Part shown: one piece after another, positions 27,676-37,863 of the stretch
Layout: every line of letters starts with the position of its first letter
Position numbering within the stretch: the stretch's first letter is position 1
NCBI GenBank assembly: GCA_965223545.1
Contig: OZ245006.1
Coordinates: 6,400,001 to 6,464,000 of the forward strand
Source of the DNA: Planctomycetota bacterium
GTDB taxonomy: Bacteria; Planctomycetota; UBA1135; UBA2386
Length of the DNA: 64,000 nucleotides
Direction of reading: 5' to 3'
Position numbers and translations under genes: made by a program
Notes under the pieces: generated by a model
What the model saw: the letters and a program-made list of their open reading frames with translations, nothing else
What the model was told of the DNA's origin: nothing
Databases searched by the model: none

Positions 27676-28706
27676 GACAGGATTGCGCGATAGGCGGCGT
27701 TCATCTGCTGGCCGACGATCGGCCACCGGTAGTGTTCGTCGACGCGCCGGCGCGCCAACGCGCCCAGCTGGTCGACGCGGCTCGAGTCGTCGCTGAGCGC
27801 TCGCAGCGTCTCGACGGCGGCATCGACGTCGCCCGGCCCGACCAGCACTCCACCCTCGCCCACGTACTCAGGGGTGCCACCGGATTGGGTGCTGACCACG
27901 GGCGTGCCGCAAGACATGGCCTCGAGCACCGCGTTGTTGGAGGTGGCGAGCTTCAGTGGCAGAAACAACGCCGTGGCCCGGCGGTTCTCCTCGAGCAGCT
28001 GCTCGTCGTGGATGTTGGACATCACGCGAGTGTTGCGGCAGCCGTCGAACTGGGCGGCGTGCTGCTCGAAAGTGACGACGCGGAAGTGGATCCGCGGCTC
28101 GAGCTCGTTGAGGCGCCGAATGGTCGCCACCACCATGTCGATGTCGCGCAGCCATTGGCCGACGACCAAGAACGTCGGCTCGGGCCACCTCTCGACCTCG
28201 GGGTCGGGGGCCCAATACGCGTCGTCGACGCCGTGCGGCACGTGGTGGATGCGGTTCTCGGGCAACAGCTCGCGGAAGAACGGCAGCTGCGAACGGGACA
28301 TGATCACGACCGCGCTGGCGCCCTTGATGTAGCGCAGGTCCTCGACGTGGGATGCCAAGAACTCGGGTGGCTGGTGGAACGAGCCGACGATGCGGTTGTT
28401 GAGCTTCGGCTTCCACAGCGAGCTGATGCGTAGGTCGTTCTCGGCGTAGAAGAAGTGGAACAGCGTGCGCACCGGTTTGAGCATGCGCAGGCAGATCTCC
28501 AGCTCGCGTCGCATCTGTGGTCCGCCGTACCAGTTTGAGTGATAGTACGGCAGCTTGCGGATGCGTCGCCACGAGACCTTGTCCACCATGCGCTTGGCCA
28601 GCCCGCCGCTGACGAACGCCTCGCCATCGACGTACTTCGCGAGCTGGTCGTAGCCCGAGAACCGCGCGTGGTGGTCGATGTGGTTGTAGATGAGGCGGAC
28701 AGCCAT
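27672..28706 (-). CDS. Glycosyltransferase family 4
   Basis: VPHGVD and NNAVLEAMSCGTPVV motifs. Confidence 0.88.
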   Translation of the reverse strand: MAVRLIYNHIDHHARFSGYDQLAKYVDGEAFVSGGLAKRMVDKVSWRRIRKLPYYHSNWYGGPQMRRELEICLRMLKPVRTLFHFFYAENDLRISSLWKPKLNNRIVGSFHQPPEFLASHVEDLRYIKGASAVVIMSRSQLPFFRELLPENRIHHVPHGVDDAYWAPDPEVERWPEPTFLVVGQWLRDIDMVVATIRRLNELEPRIHFRVVTFEQHAAQFDGCRNTRVMSNIHDEQLLEENRRATALFLPLKLATSNNAVLEAMSCGTPVVSTQSGGTPEYVGEGGVLVGPGDVDAAVETLRALSDDSSRVDQLGALARRRVDEHYRWPIVGQQMNAAYRAILS

Positions 28707-28734
28707 GCCAGCTTCGGGGCGGTGCTCCTCTGGG

Positions 28735-30972
28735 TCAGCCGTTGCCGATGGCGCGCTTGGCCTTCGGGAACAGCCGGCGTGCGATGTCGAAGGCGTGCGC
28801 GCGGCGCAGCAGGCGCACCAGGCGCATCTGCTTGAGCGCGTTGTGCTCGGCGAAGACGCGCTCGAGCTCGGCGAGTCGGTCGGCGTCGATCGTGGGTTCT
28901 GTCGGCGCCGGTGGGGGCGGCTCCTCGGCCGGAGGCGGCACGGTCACTGCCACTGCCGTGTTGCCGAGCACGGCGATGTGCGCATTGAGCATGCCGAGGC
29001 TCTCCAAGTAGCCCGCGATGCGTGTCTGCGCCTCTTCGTCGACCACCGGCATCGGACCGTAGAAATCGCCGCACACGGAACCGACGTGTCGGACGGCGAG
29101 ATCGCCGTGCGCACAAGCCGCCGCCGCCAGTGCGCAGATGCGGTGCGTCGGTTCGAGCAGGCCGGCGAGATGGCGGCAGCGGGCGAGCGCCGCGGCCCGC
29201 GCGCAGAACGCGGGGGGCGCTGGCTGACCGGCGACCAGCAGGTCTTCGGCGCCGAAGTCGGGGCGGTACGGAAACACCTTCGCCGTTGCCGGGCGGAGCC
29301 AGGGAAAGCTGGCGCAGGCGGGGCCGTCCTCGAGGACTTGTTGCGCGACGCGCAGCAGCCCACCGGTGTCGAACGCGGTGCCTGCCATGGCCCACAAGAC
29401 CGGCGTGTCGTCGTCGAGGGCCAGCCACGGCAGCGGGTCGTGCACGGTGAACGGTGTGAAGCCGGGTGGCGCGTCCACGCTGCCATCGGCGGGCACCAGC
29501 ACCCACCGCGTCCAGTCCGACCCGGTGAGCTCTTGTTGGATCGAGGCCGCACCCGCCGCGAGGGCGGCGTCGTCGGCCCCGATCGCATCGAGGATCAGCG
29601 CGCCCGCACCGGGCACGGCGGGTGGCGTTCGCTCCGGGTGGAAGCGCGCCGGCAGATCGAACTGCGCGGCAAAGGTCGGCTTCTCCGTCTCGGCTGCGAC
29701 GACTTTTTGGAACAGGTCGAGCTTGGCTGCGGTGAGGCGGGTCGGGTCGGTGATGGCCTGCGCGCGCTGCACCGCGCCGGCGCGCAGGCGATCGGCCAGC
29801 GCGCGGTCGTCGAGCACGTTCTCGAGTGCGCGGCTCAGTGCGCCGGCGTCGCCGCGGGCGAACACCGCCCCGCTGACCGCATCCTCGACCATCTCGGCGT
29901 GCCCGCCGTGGTCGGAGACGACGCACAGGCCGCCGACGGACATCGCCTCGAGCACCGCACACGGGTAGTTGTCCCAGGGGGCGGCGTGCACGAACGCCGC
30001 CGCTGCCCGGGCCGCTGCCAGGGCGTGCGCGCGCGGGACGTTGCCGAGCCGGAGGACGCGATCGCGGTAGGCATCGGGCACGATGCTGCGCAGCACGTCG
30101 GCGAAGCGCTCGCCGACGTGCCACATCTCCTTGCCCAAGAACACCAGCCGCAAGTCGGGGCGCCGGGGAGCGAGTTCGGCGAACGCGCGCAGCACCAGAT
30201 CGGAACCTTTGCGGGGTTCGATGCGGCCGGTGCACAACAAGTACGCGCGGCCATCGCGCAGCGGGGCGGGCAACTCGTCGACCGCCTCCGGCAGCTCGAC
30301 GTGATAGGGGATCACCGCGCGGAGTGCGGGCAGCGTGTCGTCGAACTGCTGCTCGTAGCGCTGCATCAGCGAGTGCGACGGAGTGATCAGCGCGTCGGCG
30401 TGGCGGATGCAGTACTCCTCGTGCAGCATCAGGTGCCGGTGCGGCCGATAGCCGAGTTCCCAGGTGTGCTCGTTGGTGGTGAAGGCGATGCGCGAGCTGG
30501 TGTGGCCGTGGATGCACACCGGCGGAAAACGGTGCCGGTCGCCGCTGCGGCGGCGCCGGATCACGTAGAGCGCCTCGGCAAAGAACTCCGGCGACTCGAT
30601 CACATCGAGGCCGACTTCGTCGTGCAGCATCTCGATGTAGTTGGCGGCACGGTGGGCGGCAATGTTGGCGGCGTGCAGCGCCCACAGCCGGTGAGGCCGT
30701 TCGTAGTCCCGCGGGTTGACGTCGAAGAAGCGCGCGTCGGGGGGAGGTTGCCGCTTCTCGTCGAAGCAGCGCACGCGGTGGATGGTCAGGTTGCCCTCGC
30801 GCCACATCGCCTCGGTGTCGCGCGCCGCGGTGCTGCCCCAAGCCGCGCGGTTGGTGACCACGTGCACTTCGTGTCCGGCGGCCGCGAGATGGCTGGCAAC
30901 GGCGTTGTGGTAGGTGGCGATGCCGCCCCCCGGAAACGGTGCGAACTCGTGGCTGAGCAGGCAGATCTTCAT
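28735..30972 (-). CDS. Glycosyltransferase family 4 with C-terminal extension
   Basis: GGGIATY, GRIEPRKG and DNYPCAVLEAM motifs. ATGA overlap start. Confidence 0.88.
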   Translation of the reverse strand: MKICLLSHEFAPFPGGGIATYHNAVASHLAAAGHEVHVVTNRAAWGSTAARDTEAMWREGNLTIHRVRCFDEKRQPPPDARFFDVNPRDYERPHRLWALHAANIAAHRAANYIEMLHDEVGLDVIESPEFFAEALYVIRRRRSGDRHRFPPVCIHGHTSSRIAFTTNEHTWELGYRPHRHLMLHEEYCIRHADALITPSHSLMQRYEQQFDDTLPALRAVIPYHVELPEAVDELPAPLRDGRAYLLCTGRIEPRKGSDLVLRAFAELAPRRPDLRLVFLGKEMWHVGERFADVLRSIVPDAYRDRVLRLGNVPRAHALAAARAAAAFVHAAPWDNYPCAVLEAMSVGGLCVVSDHGGHAEMVEDAVSGAVFARGDAGALSRALENVLDDRALADRLRAGAVQRAQAITDPTRLTAAKLDLFQKVVAAETEKPTFAAQFDLPARFHPERTPPAVPGAGALILDAIGADDAALAAGAASIQQELTGSDWTRWVLVPADGSVDAPPGFTPFTVHDPLPWLALDDDTPVLWAMAGTAFDTGGLLRVAQQVLEDGPACASFPWLRPATAKVFPYRPDFGAEDLLVAGQPAPPAFCARAAALARCRHLAGLLEPTHRICALAAAACAHGDLAVRHVGSVCGDFYGPMPVVDEEAQTRIAGYLESLGMLNAHIAVLGNTAVAVTVPPPAEEPPPPAPTEPTIDADRLAELERVFAEHNALKQMRLVRLLRRAHAFDIARRLFPKAKRAIGNG

Positions 30973-32102
30973 GACACCGCCCGGATTGCCGTGCTCTCGC
31001 CGGGTTCCAGGGTCGACAGGGCCTCGCGCCACCGCTCCAGTCGGTCGATCAGATCCGGCAGCTTGGGAATGTTCATCAAGGCCCACTTGAGGTCGGCCAG
31101 AGCCACCGCCGCCGGCGAGACCTGACCGATGAGCCGGATGTCGATCGGCGCGATCGCCTGCCAGATCGGCTTGAAGTCGGCCCACTGGCGCGAGGCGATC
31201 AGGCGTTCTACCGGTTCGAGCAACAGGGCGCGGGTACGGGAAAGAGAGAAGTAGGCGGGTGCGACGAAGCCCTCCGGTGCGCCCCACTCGTCGAGCTCGA
31301 AGCGGTCGCCGAGTAGGGCTGTCTTGCGCCGGCCCTGCAAGTACCACGGGATCACGCGGCGGGCGAGGAAGAACCACTCGTGCTGCAGGTGGTCCTTGCC
31401 GAAGTTGCGGTCGAAGACCGCGATGTTCTTCGTCGCCGAACGGCCGCCGAAGATCGTGTCGTGCGGGATGTGAAAGATGTAAGCGCCCGGATCGGAGTAG
31501 CAGGTCGCGCCCGCGTGTTGCGCGCGCAGGCTGAACTCGAACTCGTCCATGCCGTAGCTGCCCTCGTAGATGCGGTCGAAGCCGCCGAGGAGCTTCCACA
31601 GCGACTTGCGGAACGAGGTGTTGGCGCCGACCGGCACGACGTAGGTGGCGTGCGGAAAGTGCGCGGTCTCCAGGGTGAAGAACGTCGTGCCGAACGCTCC
31701 GGTGGAGCCCTGCAGGAACTCGAAGCGCGGGCCGGTGCCGACGCGCATCGACGTCTCGTGGATCGCGTGGTGGGAGGCCAGCGAGTGCGGGCCGAACAGA
31801 CAATCCGAATCGGACATCATCACCACGCCGTCGAGAGCGTTGGCGATCGCGGCGTTGCGCATGGTCTGCAGCCGGTAGCGCGCGACGCGCGGATGCCGCA
31901 GGATCTTGTAGGCAAGGTCGTGCTGGCGCAGCGCGTGCTCGGCGACGTCCGGCGTGCCGTCGGTCGATCCGTCGTCGGAGATCACCACCAGGTCCGGGCG
32001 CAGCGATCCCCTGGCGACCGAGGCGATCGCCAGGCTGATCACGTCGGCCTTGTTGTAGCTGACCAGAACCAAGGTCAGGGGTTGGCGTGATCCGGCGGGC
32101 AT
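30969..32102 (-). CDS. Glycosyltransferase family 2
   Basis: SDDGSTDGT, SDSD and GGFD...YGMDE motifs. Confidence 0.88.
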   Translation of the reverse strand: MPAGSRQPLTLVLVSYNKADVISLAIASVARGSLRPDLVVISDDGSTDGTPDVAEHALRQHDLAYKILRHPRVARYRLQTMRNAAIANALDGVVMMSDSDCLFGPHSLASHHAIHETSMRVGTGPRFEFLQGSTGAFGTTFFTLETAHFPHATYVVPVGANTSFRKSLWKLLGGFDRIYEGSYGMDEFEFSLRAQHAGATCYSDPGAYIFHIPHDTIFGGRSATKNIAVFDRNFGKDHLQHEWFFLARRVIPWYLQGRRKTALLGDRFELDEWGAPEGFVAPAYFSLSRTRALLLEPVERLIASRQWADFKPIWQAIAPIDIRLIGQVSPAAVALADLKWALMNIPKLPDLIDRLERWREALSTLEPGESTAIRAVS

Positions 32103-32275
32103 GGCGTCGTTCTCCGCGCGTCAGTTGGCCGAATCGAGAGTGGGTTGCTCGGTGCCGCAGAGCGCCGGGCGCGGCACCCTAACCACGGCCCGAAAACCGG
32201 TCAACTCGACCAGCGGGCGCGCTGGTAGTTCTCCGGCCGCCCCACGTCGGCGGTTGCGCAATCCGGTGGATCGCC

Positions 32276-35200
32276 TCATGGCCGGGTCTCCCCGCCGCCG
32301 GAAGCCGTGGTCGGTGCCGCCTGCAGGAAGTCCCGCACGCGCGCGACGAACGCGGGGTCGGCCGTGCCCGGGGCCAGCTTGTCGGCGAAGGCGCGCCGGG
32401 CGCGCTGCCCGGCTTCGGCGCGGCGCTCGGCATCCGTCAATCGCTGCAGCAACGCCGTGAGCGCCGCCGCGTCGCCGCTGTCGACCAACAGCGCGCCGCG
32501 TGGCGCCAGCGCCTCCGCCATCGCGGTCTCGGGGTGGCACACGGTCGCGACCCCCGCGGCCAAGGCGGCGACCACGCCGGCGTCCAGCCCCGGCACGCCG
32601 CGGTGCGCCAGCGCGAGAACGACGTCGGTGTCCGCCGGTGGCCAGAGCCCGTGTTCGAGGCGGCGCAGGACCGTGAGTCGCGAGCCGTGCGCGGTGATGT
32701 GCAGGCGATCGCGCAGATCTTCGAGCGCCGCCAGATCATCCAACAGCCGCGGCTGCAGCACGCGGAGCTGCAACTCGAGGCCGGCGTCGGCGGCCCGGCC
32801 GACGGCGTCGACCAAGGTGGCCATGCAATGCCCGCGCAGCGGTCCGCCCAGCAGCACGCGCAGGCCGCCTTTGGCGGGCGCCGGTGGCGGGGCCGCATCG
32901 GCGTAAATGGCCGGTGACTGTGGGGTGCAGGGCGCGAGGTCGGCGGAGATCGCCGTCGAAAGCGCTGCGTGGGTCTGCGCACAGTCCACCGCCAACGCGG
33001 CTGCGTCGATCAGCGCGTGGCGGTCGGCGAGCGAGCGGTCGAGTGCGTGCTGCACGTCCTCGCCGCCGACGCTGAGCCCGTATTCGCGGCCGCAGAGACG
33101 CGCCACGGCGCGCACGACCATCGCGGTTTCGCCGCCGCCGATGCCGTGCACGTAGCGCGACTTCTGGATGTCGGCGACCCGCGCTGCACCAAATACGCGG
33201 GCGAGCGCGCTGGGCGCGTCGCGCAGCTCGCGTTCGACCGCGGCGACGGCATCCGCGTTGCGCCCGAGCCAGAAGGCGCGGTCGCGCTGCTGCTGATCGC
33301 CATCGTCGTGCAACACCGTGCAGCGTTGCCGCGCGCTGGCGTTGATCGCGCCGATCGCTGCCGCGTCGGCGTTGCCCCAGGCGACCAGCCGCAACGGGAT
33401 GCCGGCTTCGGTCATGCGCCGCGCCTCGAACGACAGCCGCTCGGCGGCGATGCGGTCGAGGGGACCGAAGCAGACCAGGAGCGCGGTCGGCCCGCTCTCG
33501 TCGCGCTGCGCACGGCGCGCGCCGCGATACGCGCGCCAGTTGTGGTAGCGGGCCAGCAGGCGGTGCGCGGTCTTCCAGACCGGCGCCAGGCGCAGGCCGA
33601 ACAGCACCGCTTCGCCGGCCTGCCACTCGTGCGTCAGCCAGACGTTCTTCAGCAGCTCCTCGCGTTCGAGGTAGGTCTGGGCCCGGGCGATCTGACCGGC
33701 GGTGGCCAGCTGCTCGTGCTCGAGCCGCTCGCGATCCCGCTCTCGGCGCAGCTCGCGTTGGCGCGCCCGGCTCTTGCGGTCGAGCTCGCTCAGCTTCTTC
33801 GTCGTGCTGCGGTACTGCCAGCCCAGCTCGTCCCGCCGCGCTTCGGCATCCTTGAGCTTGCGCTGCAGGTTGTCGACGCGGTAGCGCAGCTCGGTGCGGC
33901 GCTGGCGGAACAACGCCAGCTCTTCGCGCAGCTGGCGGATCTCGTCCGCCTGCGCCAGCAGGTCGCCGACGCCGCGCGCCGAGGGGGGAGCGCCGTCGGC
34001 GTCCCCGTTGCCCTGATGGGGTGCAGTGCGCGCGAGATCGCGCTGGCAGCGCAACTCGTGGGCGCGCAGCGCGAAGGCCTCGGCGAGCGGCGCCAGGGCG
34101 CGCAGCTGCGCGCCATCGCGGGCCAGGGCGCGCAACTCCCAGGGCGAGGTGTCGAGGTCGCCGAGCACCGCCTCGCGGGCCGCGCGCCGGGTGGCGTCGT
34201 CGGCCAGCGCGTCGAGCGCAGCCGGCAGCGAGCTGCCCTGCGCGTCGGCCAGCGGCGCCAACGCCGCGTAGGTCATGGCGAAGCCGTCGGCGTCGCTGTG
34301 CGCGGCGACGGCTTCGTGCAGCGCCGTCGCCAATCGGCAGCGCGCGGCGTCATCGCCACCGTGGTGCAGCTCGCGGTCGACGATCTGCTCGAGGGCGCGC
34401 AGCAGGACGCGGTTGACTTCGAGCACGTAGTCGCCGCGACCACCGTCGTCGAACCAGACGGTGTTGTTGGCGTGGAACCGATAGGCGAGCAGCGGCTGGT
34501 CGATGAAGTGCAGCCCACCGTCGATCGCCGCGCTCAGAAAGAGCAGCCAATCGAGGGTGTACTTGAGATCGCGCAGCCGCGGCATCTGCTGCCGCAGGTA
34601 CTCGGTGCGCACGACGATGTTCGACGAAGTCGCCAGGTGGTTGTGGCGCAGCAGGTGGTCCATCGAGGCCCAGTCGTCGAACGAGGGATCGGCGGTGATC
34701 TCCGCGAACCACTGCAGCCAGCCATGGGTTTTCGGGCCGACGTCGATCGCACAGCTGGTCTCGGCTGTGAGCTCGCGGGATTCACCGTCGATGAACGCCA
34801 AGCCGGTCGCGACCAGTTGGCGCTGGGGATCCTCGTCGAGGCTGGCGAGACAAATGGCCAGTCGGTCCGGGTGGAACAGGTCGTCGGAGTTGAGCAGCGC
34901 GACGTACGGCGTGTCGACGTCGCGCAGCGCGGCCTCGACGGACGCGCCGAGGCCGAGGTTGGTGGCGTTCTGGCGCACCGTCAGGCGTGGATCGTCGATC
35001 TCCTCGGCGCGGGCGAGCGTGGCGTCCGGGCTGCGGTCGTCGACCAGCAGGACGCGGACCGCGACGTCGGCTTGGCGCAGGGCGCTGTGCGCGGCGTCGG
35101 CGACGAACTGCTCGTGCCGGTAGGCGGGGATCAACACGGTGACGCGGGGTGCGTCGGTGGGTACCGCCGGGGTGGGGTCGGGCGGCTCGGAATTCTCCTG

Positions 35201-37117
35201 TGCCAGGGAGGAGCGTTCCGTCGGATCGAGGTCGGGCGAGGTCGCGGCGCGGACCGTAACGGGCGCCGGTCGGTACAGCGGCCGCGGCAACGGGGCGTGA
35301 AGACCCAGGGCCTGCAGTCGCTGCAGCGCCTCGGCGGGCAGCTCGCGGCTGTCGAGGTCTTCGGCGACCACCGCGGCGTGCGTCGCGGGGTCGCGGTAGA
35401 TGCGGCGGAGGCAGCTGTAGGTCGCCGGCGTCGGTCGCCGTTCGGCGGCGAGCAGAGCCAGCCGCCGCAGCTCCGGTCGGGTGCGCGCCTCGACCGCGAA
35501 CTCCGGATCGGCGACCTGCTCGACGAGCCAGTCCTGCACCTCCGTCCAGGACTGCACCTGCGCCACCTGGCCGACGATCCACGCGCCGAGAGCGCCGGCG
35601 AACATCGGGTGTCGGAACCCGGGCAGGGTGACGCCGAGACCGTCCTGTGGCGTGGCGCCGCGAGCGCGCACCGCCTCGGCGACCTCGAGGTGCAGGTCGT
35701 GCAGAGCCCGCAAGAAGTCGCCCTCTTCGCTCTGCCAATCGTCTTCGCCGGCTCCCCAGCTGCGCATCAGGATGCCGTCGACGAGCCGCAACGCCTCCAG
35801 GGGGAGCCGCGCGAAGAGGGGCAGACCCGACTCGTCGAGGGCGAGCCCGGGTGGCTGCCGGCGAGTGTCGGCGAGCCACCACGCACTGTGCCAGTTGTCC
35901 GGCGCCAACAGATGGCGTGGTGCCGCGCCGTTGGTCGGCACCGCTCGGACCGGTGCGGTCGCCGCCGCACGATCGACGACCGATTGATAGATGGCGATGC
36001 TGCGGCGCGCCGTGCGGCTGGCGTCGTACTGGCGCTCCACGCGTTTGCGTGCCCGGTGCCCCAATTGCCGGCGCAGCGCGTCGTCGTCGAGTAAGCGACG
36101 GCAGCTCCGCAACAGCGCCTCGCGATCATCGGTGGCGATCAGCGCGCCGGCGTCGCCAGCCTCGAGTAGCTCGGCGAGACCACCCGTGCGCCACGCGACG
36201 ATGGCTCGCCGCAGCGCCATGGCCTCGAGCGCGGCGCGCGGCGCGCTGGCGTCGCGCATCGCGCACAGCACGACGTCGGCGGTGGCGAGCCAGTGGCGCC
36301 GCGTCGCCGCGGTGGCACCGGGAAGGCGCAGCACCGCGCCACCTTCGGCCGCGGCCGGAGCCGCTTCGAGCGCGCGGTCATCGTTGCCGGCGTCTTCTCG
36401 CCAGTACACCACGGTGATGTCGAGCGCGGTCGCCAGCTCGTCGAGCAAGCCGAGATCGTCGGGCCCGCAGTCGGGTGCGACCAGCAGTTGCCGGTCGCCG
36501 TCGGGCAGCTGTCCTCGTGGGTCGGTGCGGCGCTCATCGTCGAGCGCGGGCAGCGAGATCCCCGGCGGACAGACCGCGGCGCGCGCCGCCGCGCGCTGGT
36601 CTGGCCAATGCCGGCGCAGCCACTGCGAGGTGGCGACCAGCACGCCGGCCCCGCGGGCGGCGGCGCGCCCGAGTGCGCGGTTGGCAGCGTCGTCGAGGTT
36701 GGTCGGCGCGGTGGGGGTCTCGACAACCCGCACCACGAGCGGCACGTCGCCGAGGGCGAGCAGGGCTGCCGCGCTCAGCTCTGCGCCGGCGTCGACCACG
36801 TCCACCACTTCGCGCCGTAGGTGCCGGCGCAGGCCGCTGATCAGGGCGCTGCCGTGCGCCAGAGCCGACGCGGTGCGCGGCGAGGAGGAGGCCAGCAGCC
36901 GCGCGCGGCGCGGTAGGGCGCCCGCCGCGATGCGCGTGATCGCCACGCGCCCGTCGTACTGGGTGTGGTCGGCGCCGGCGTCGTCCTCCGCCAGAGTCAG
37001 GACGTGCACTGTGTGGCCGAGCGCCGCGAGCGCGTGCGCGCGGTCGTAGCTGTCGAGATCCGCCTCGGTGGCGTCGGCCGATGGTGGCAGCGCCTGGGTG
37101 AGGATCGCGATCTTCAT
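32276..37117 (-). CDS. Multidomain glycosyltransferase (~1613 aa): GT4, linker, GT2, coiled coil, degenerate GT4
   Basis: ALEAMA, VLIPAY, VDDRSPD and LLNSDD motifs, plus a coiled-coil segment. The ATG at 37117 lies downstream of the repeat array. Confidence 0.85.
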   Translation of the reverse strand: MKIAILTQALPPSADATEADLDSYDRAHALAALGHTVHVLTLAEDDAGADHTQYDGRVAITRIAAGALPRRARLLASSSPRTASALAHGSALISGLRRHLRREVVDVVDAGAELSAAALLALGDVPLVVRVVETPTAPTNLDDAANRALGRAAARGAGVLVATSQWLRRHWPDQRAAARAAVCPPGISLPALDDERRTDPRGQLPDGDRQLLVAPDCGPDDLGLLDELATALDITVVYWREDAGNDDRALEAAPAAAEGGAVLRLPGATAATRRHWLATADVVLCAMRDASAPRAALEAMALRRAIVAWRTGGLAELLEAGDAGALIATDDREALLRSCRRLLDDDALRRQLGHRARKRVERQYDASRTARRSIAIYQSVVDRAAATAPVRAVPTNGAAPRHLLAPDNWHSAWWLADTRRQPPGLALDESGLPLFARLPLEALRLVDGILMRSWGAGEDDWQSEEGDFLRALHDLHLEVAEAVRARGATPQDGLGVTLPGFRHPMFAGALGAWIVGQVAQVQSWTEVQDWLVEQVADPEFAVEARTRPELRRLALLAAERRPTPATYSCLRRIYRDPATHAAVVAEDLDSRELPAEALQRLQALGLHAPLPRPLYRPAPVTVRAATSPDLDPTERSSLAQENSEPPDPTPAVPTDAPRVTVLIPAYRHEQFVADAAHSALRQADVAVRVLLVDDRSPDATLARAEEIDDPRLTVRQNATNLGLGASVEAALRDVDTPYVALLNSDDLFHPDRLAICLASLDEDPQRQLVATGLAFIDGESRELTAETSCAIDVGPKTHGWLQWFAEITADPSFDDWASMDHLLRHNHLATSSNIVVRTEYLRQQMPRLRDLKYTLDWLLFLSAAIDGGLHFIDQPLLAYRFHANNTVWFDDGGRGDYVLEVNRVLLRALEQIVDRELHHGGDDAARCRLATALHEAVAAHSDADGFAMTYAALAPLADAQGSSLPAALDALADDATRRAAREAVLGDLDTSPWELRALARDGAQLRALAPLAEAFALRAHELRCQRDLARTAPHQGNGDADGAPPSARGVGDLLAQADEIRQLREELALFRQRRTELRYRVDNLQRKLKDAEARRDELGWQYRSTTKKLSELDRKSRARQRELRRERDRERLEHEQLATAGQIARAQTYLEREELLKNVWLTHEWQAGEAVLFGLRLAPVWKTAHRLLARYHNWRAYRGARRAQRDESGPTALLVCFGPLDRIAAERLSFEARRMTEAGIPLRLVAWGNADAAAIGAINASARQRCTVLHDDGDQQQRDRAFWLGRNADAVAAVERELRDAPSALARVFGAARVADIQKSRYVHGIGGGETAMVVRAVARLCGREYGLSVGGEDVQHALDRSLADRHALIDAAALAVDCAQTHAALSTAISADLAPCTPQSPAIYADAAPPPAPAKGGLRVLLGGPLRGHCMATLVDAVGRAADAGLELQLRVLQPRLLDDLAALEDLRDRLHITAHGSRLTVLRRLEHGLWPPADTDVVLALAHRGVPGLDAGVVAALAAGVATVCHPETAMAEALAPRGALLVDSGDAAALTALLQRLTDAERRAEAGQRARRAFADKLAPGTADPAFVARVRDFLQAAPTTASGGGETRP

Positions 37118-37270
37118 GGCAACCGCGCCCCTCGAGCTCGAAGTGGACAGCGGAGAGAATCGGTCGAAACGCGCATTGGCCTGCCGATCATAGTCCGCGC
37201 TTGCGACGTTCCACGCCGCAAACGCGGAGCCTGGGGTGGTGGCGAGGAGCCTGCGCGCGCGGTGCGGGTG

Positions 37271-37859
37271 CTCAGCTCGGCCACGGCCGCAATGAACCTC
37301 GGATGCCGCTCTTGCCGGAGCAGCTTGGAAGGCCTGACCCATCCGCCGCCGGGCTGAGCCAGGAGGCACTGTCTCTCCGAGCCTCCGGCGCGGCCGCGCC
37401 GTCGCCATGGAGGCGGCGTCGCCTCGAGAATGTTGTCGCAGCTCGACGATTCGTGGCGCCGGAGGCTCAGCTCGGCCACGACCGCAACCAAGTTCGGATG
37501 CCGCTCTTGCCGGAGCAGCTTGGAACCTCCGACCCATCCGCCGCCGGGCTGAGCCAGGAGGCACTGTCTCTCCGAGCCTCCGGCGCCGCGGCGTCGTCGC
37601 CATGGCGGCGGGGTTGCCTCGAGATTGTTGTCGAAGTTCGACGATTCGTGGCGCTGGAGGCTCAGCTCGGCCACGACCGCAACCAAGTTCGGATGCCGCT
37701 CTTGCCGGAGCAGCTTGGAACCTCCGACCCATCCGCCGCCGGGCTGAGCCAGGAGGCACTGTCTCTCCGAGCCTCCGGCGCCGCGGCGTCGTCGCCATGG
37801 CGGCGGGGTTGCCTCGAGATTGTTGTCGAAGTTCGACGATTCGTGGCGCCGGAGGCTCA
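37271..37859. repeat. Three tandem 195-bp palindromic repeat units (REP/BIME-like)
   Basis: Units start at 37271, 37466 and 37661. Units 2 and 3 are near identical. Each holds two inverted-repeat pairs. Confidence 0.95.
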
Positions 37860-37863
37860 CGGC

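Noticed and set aside
37271..37859. CRISPR array or coding repeat (N-terminal extension of the 1840-aa ORF)
   Set aside because: Units are 195 bp with no unique spacers. The same repeat is intergenic at 22-24 kb, and the GT fold starts at ATG 37117.
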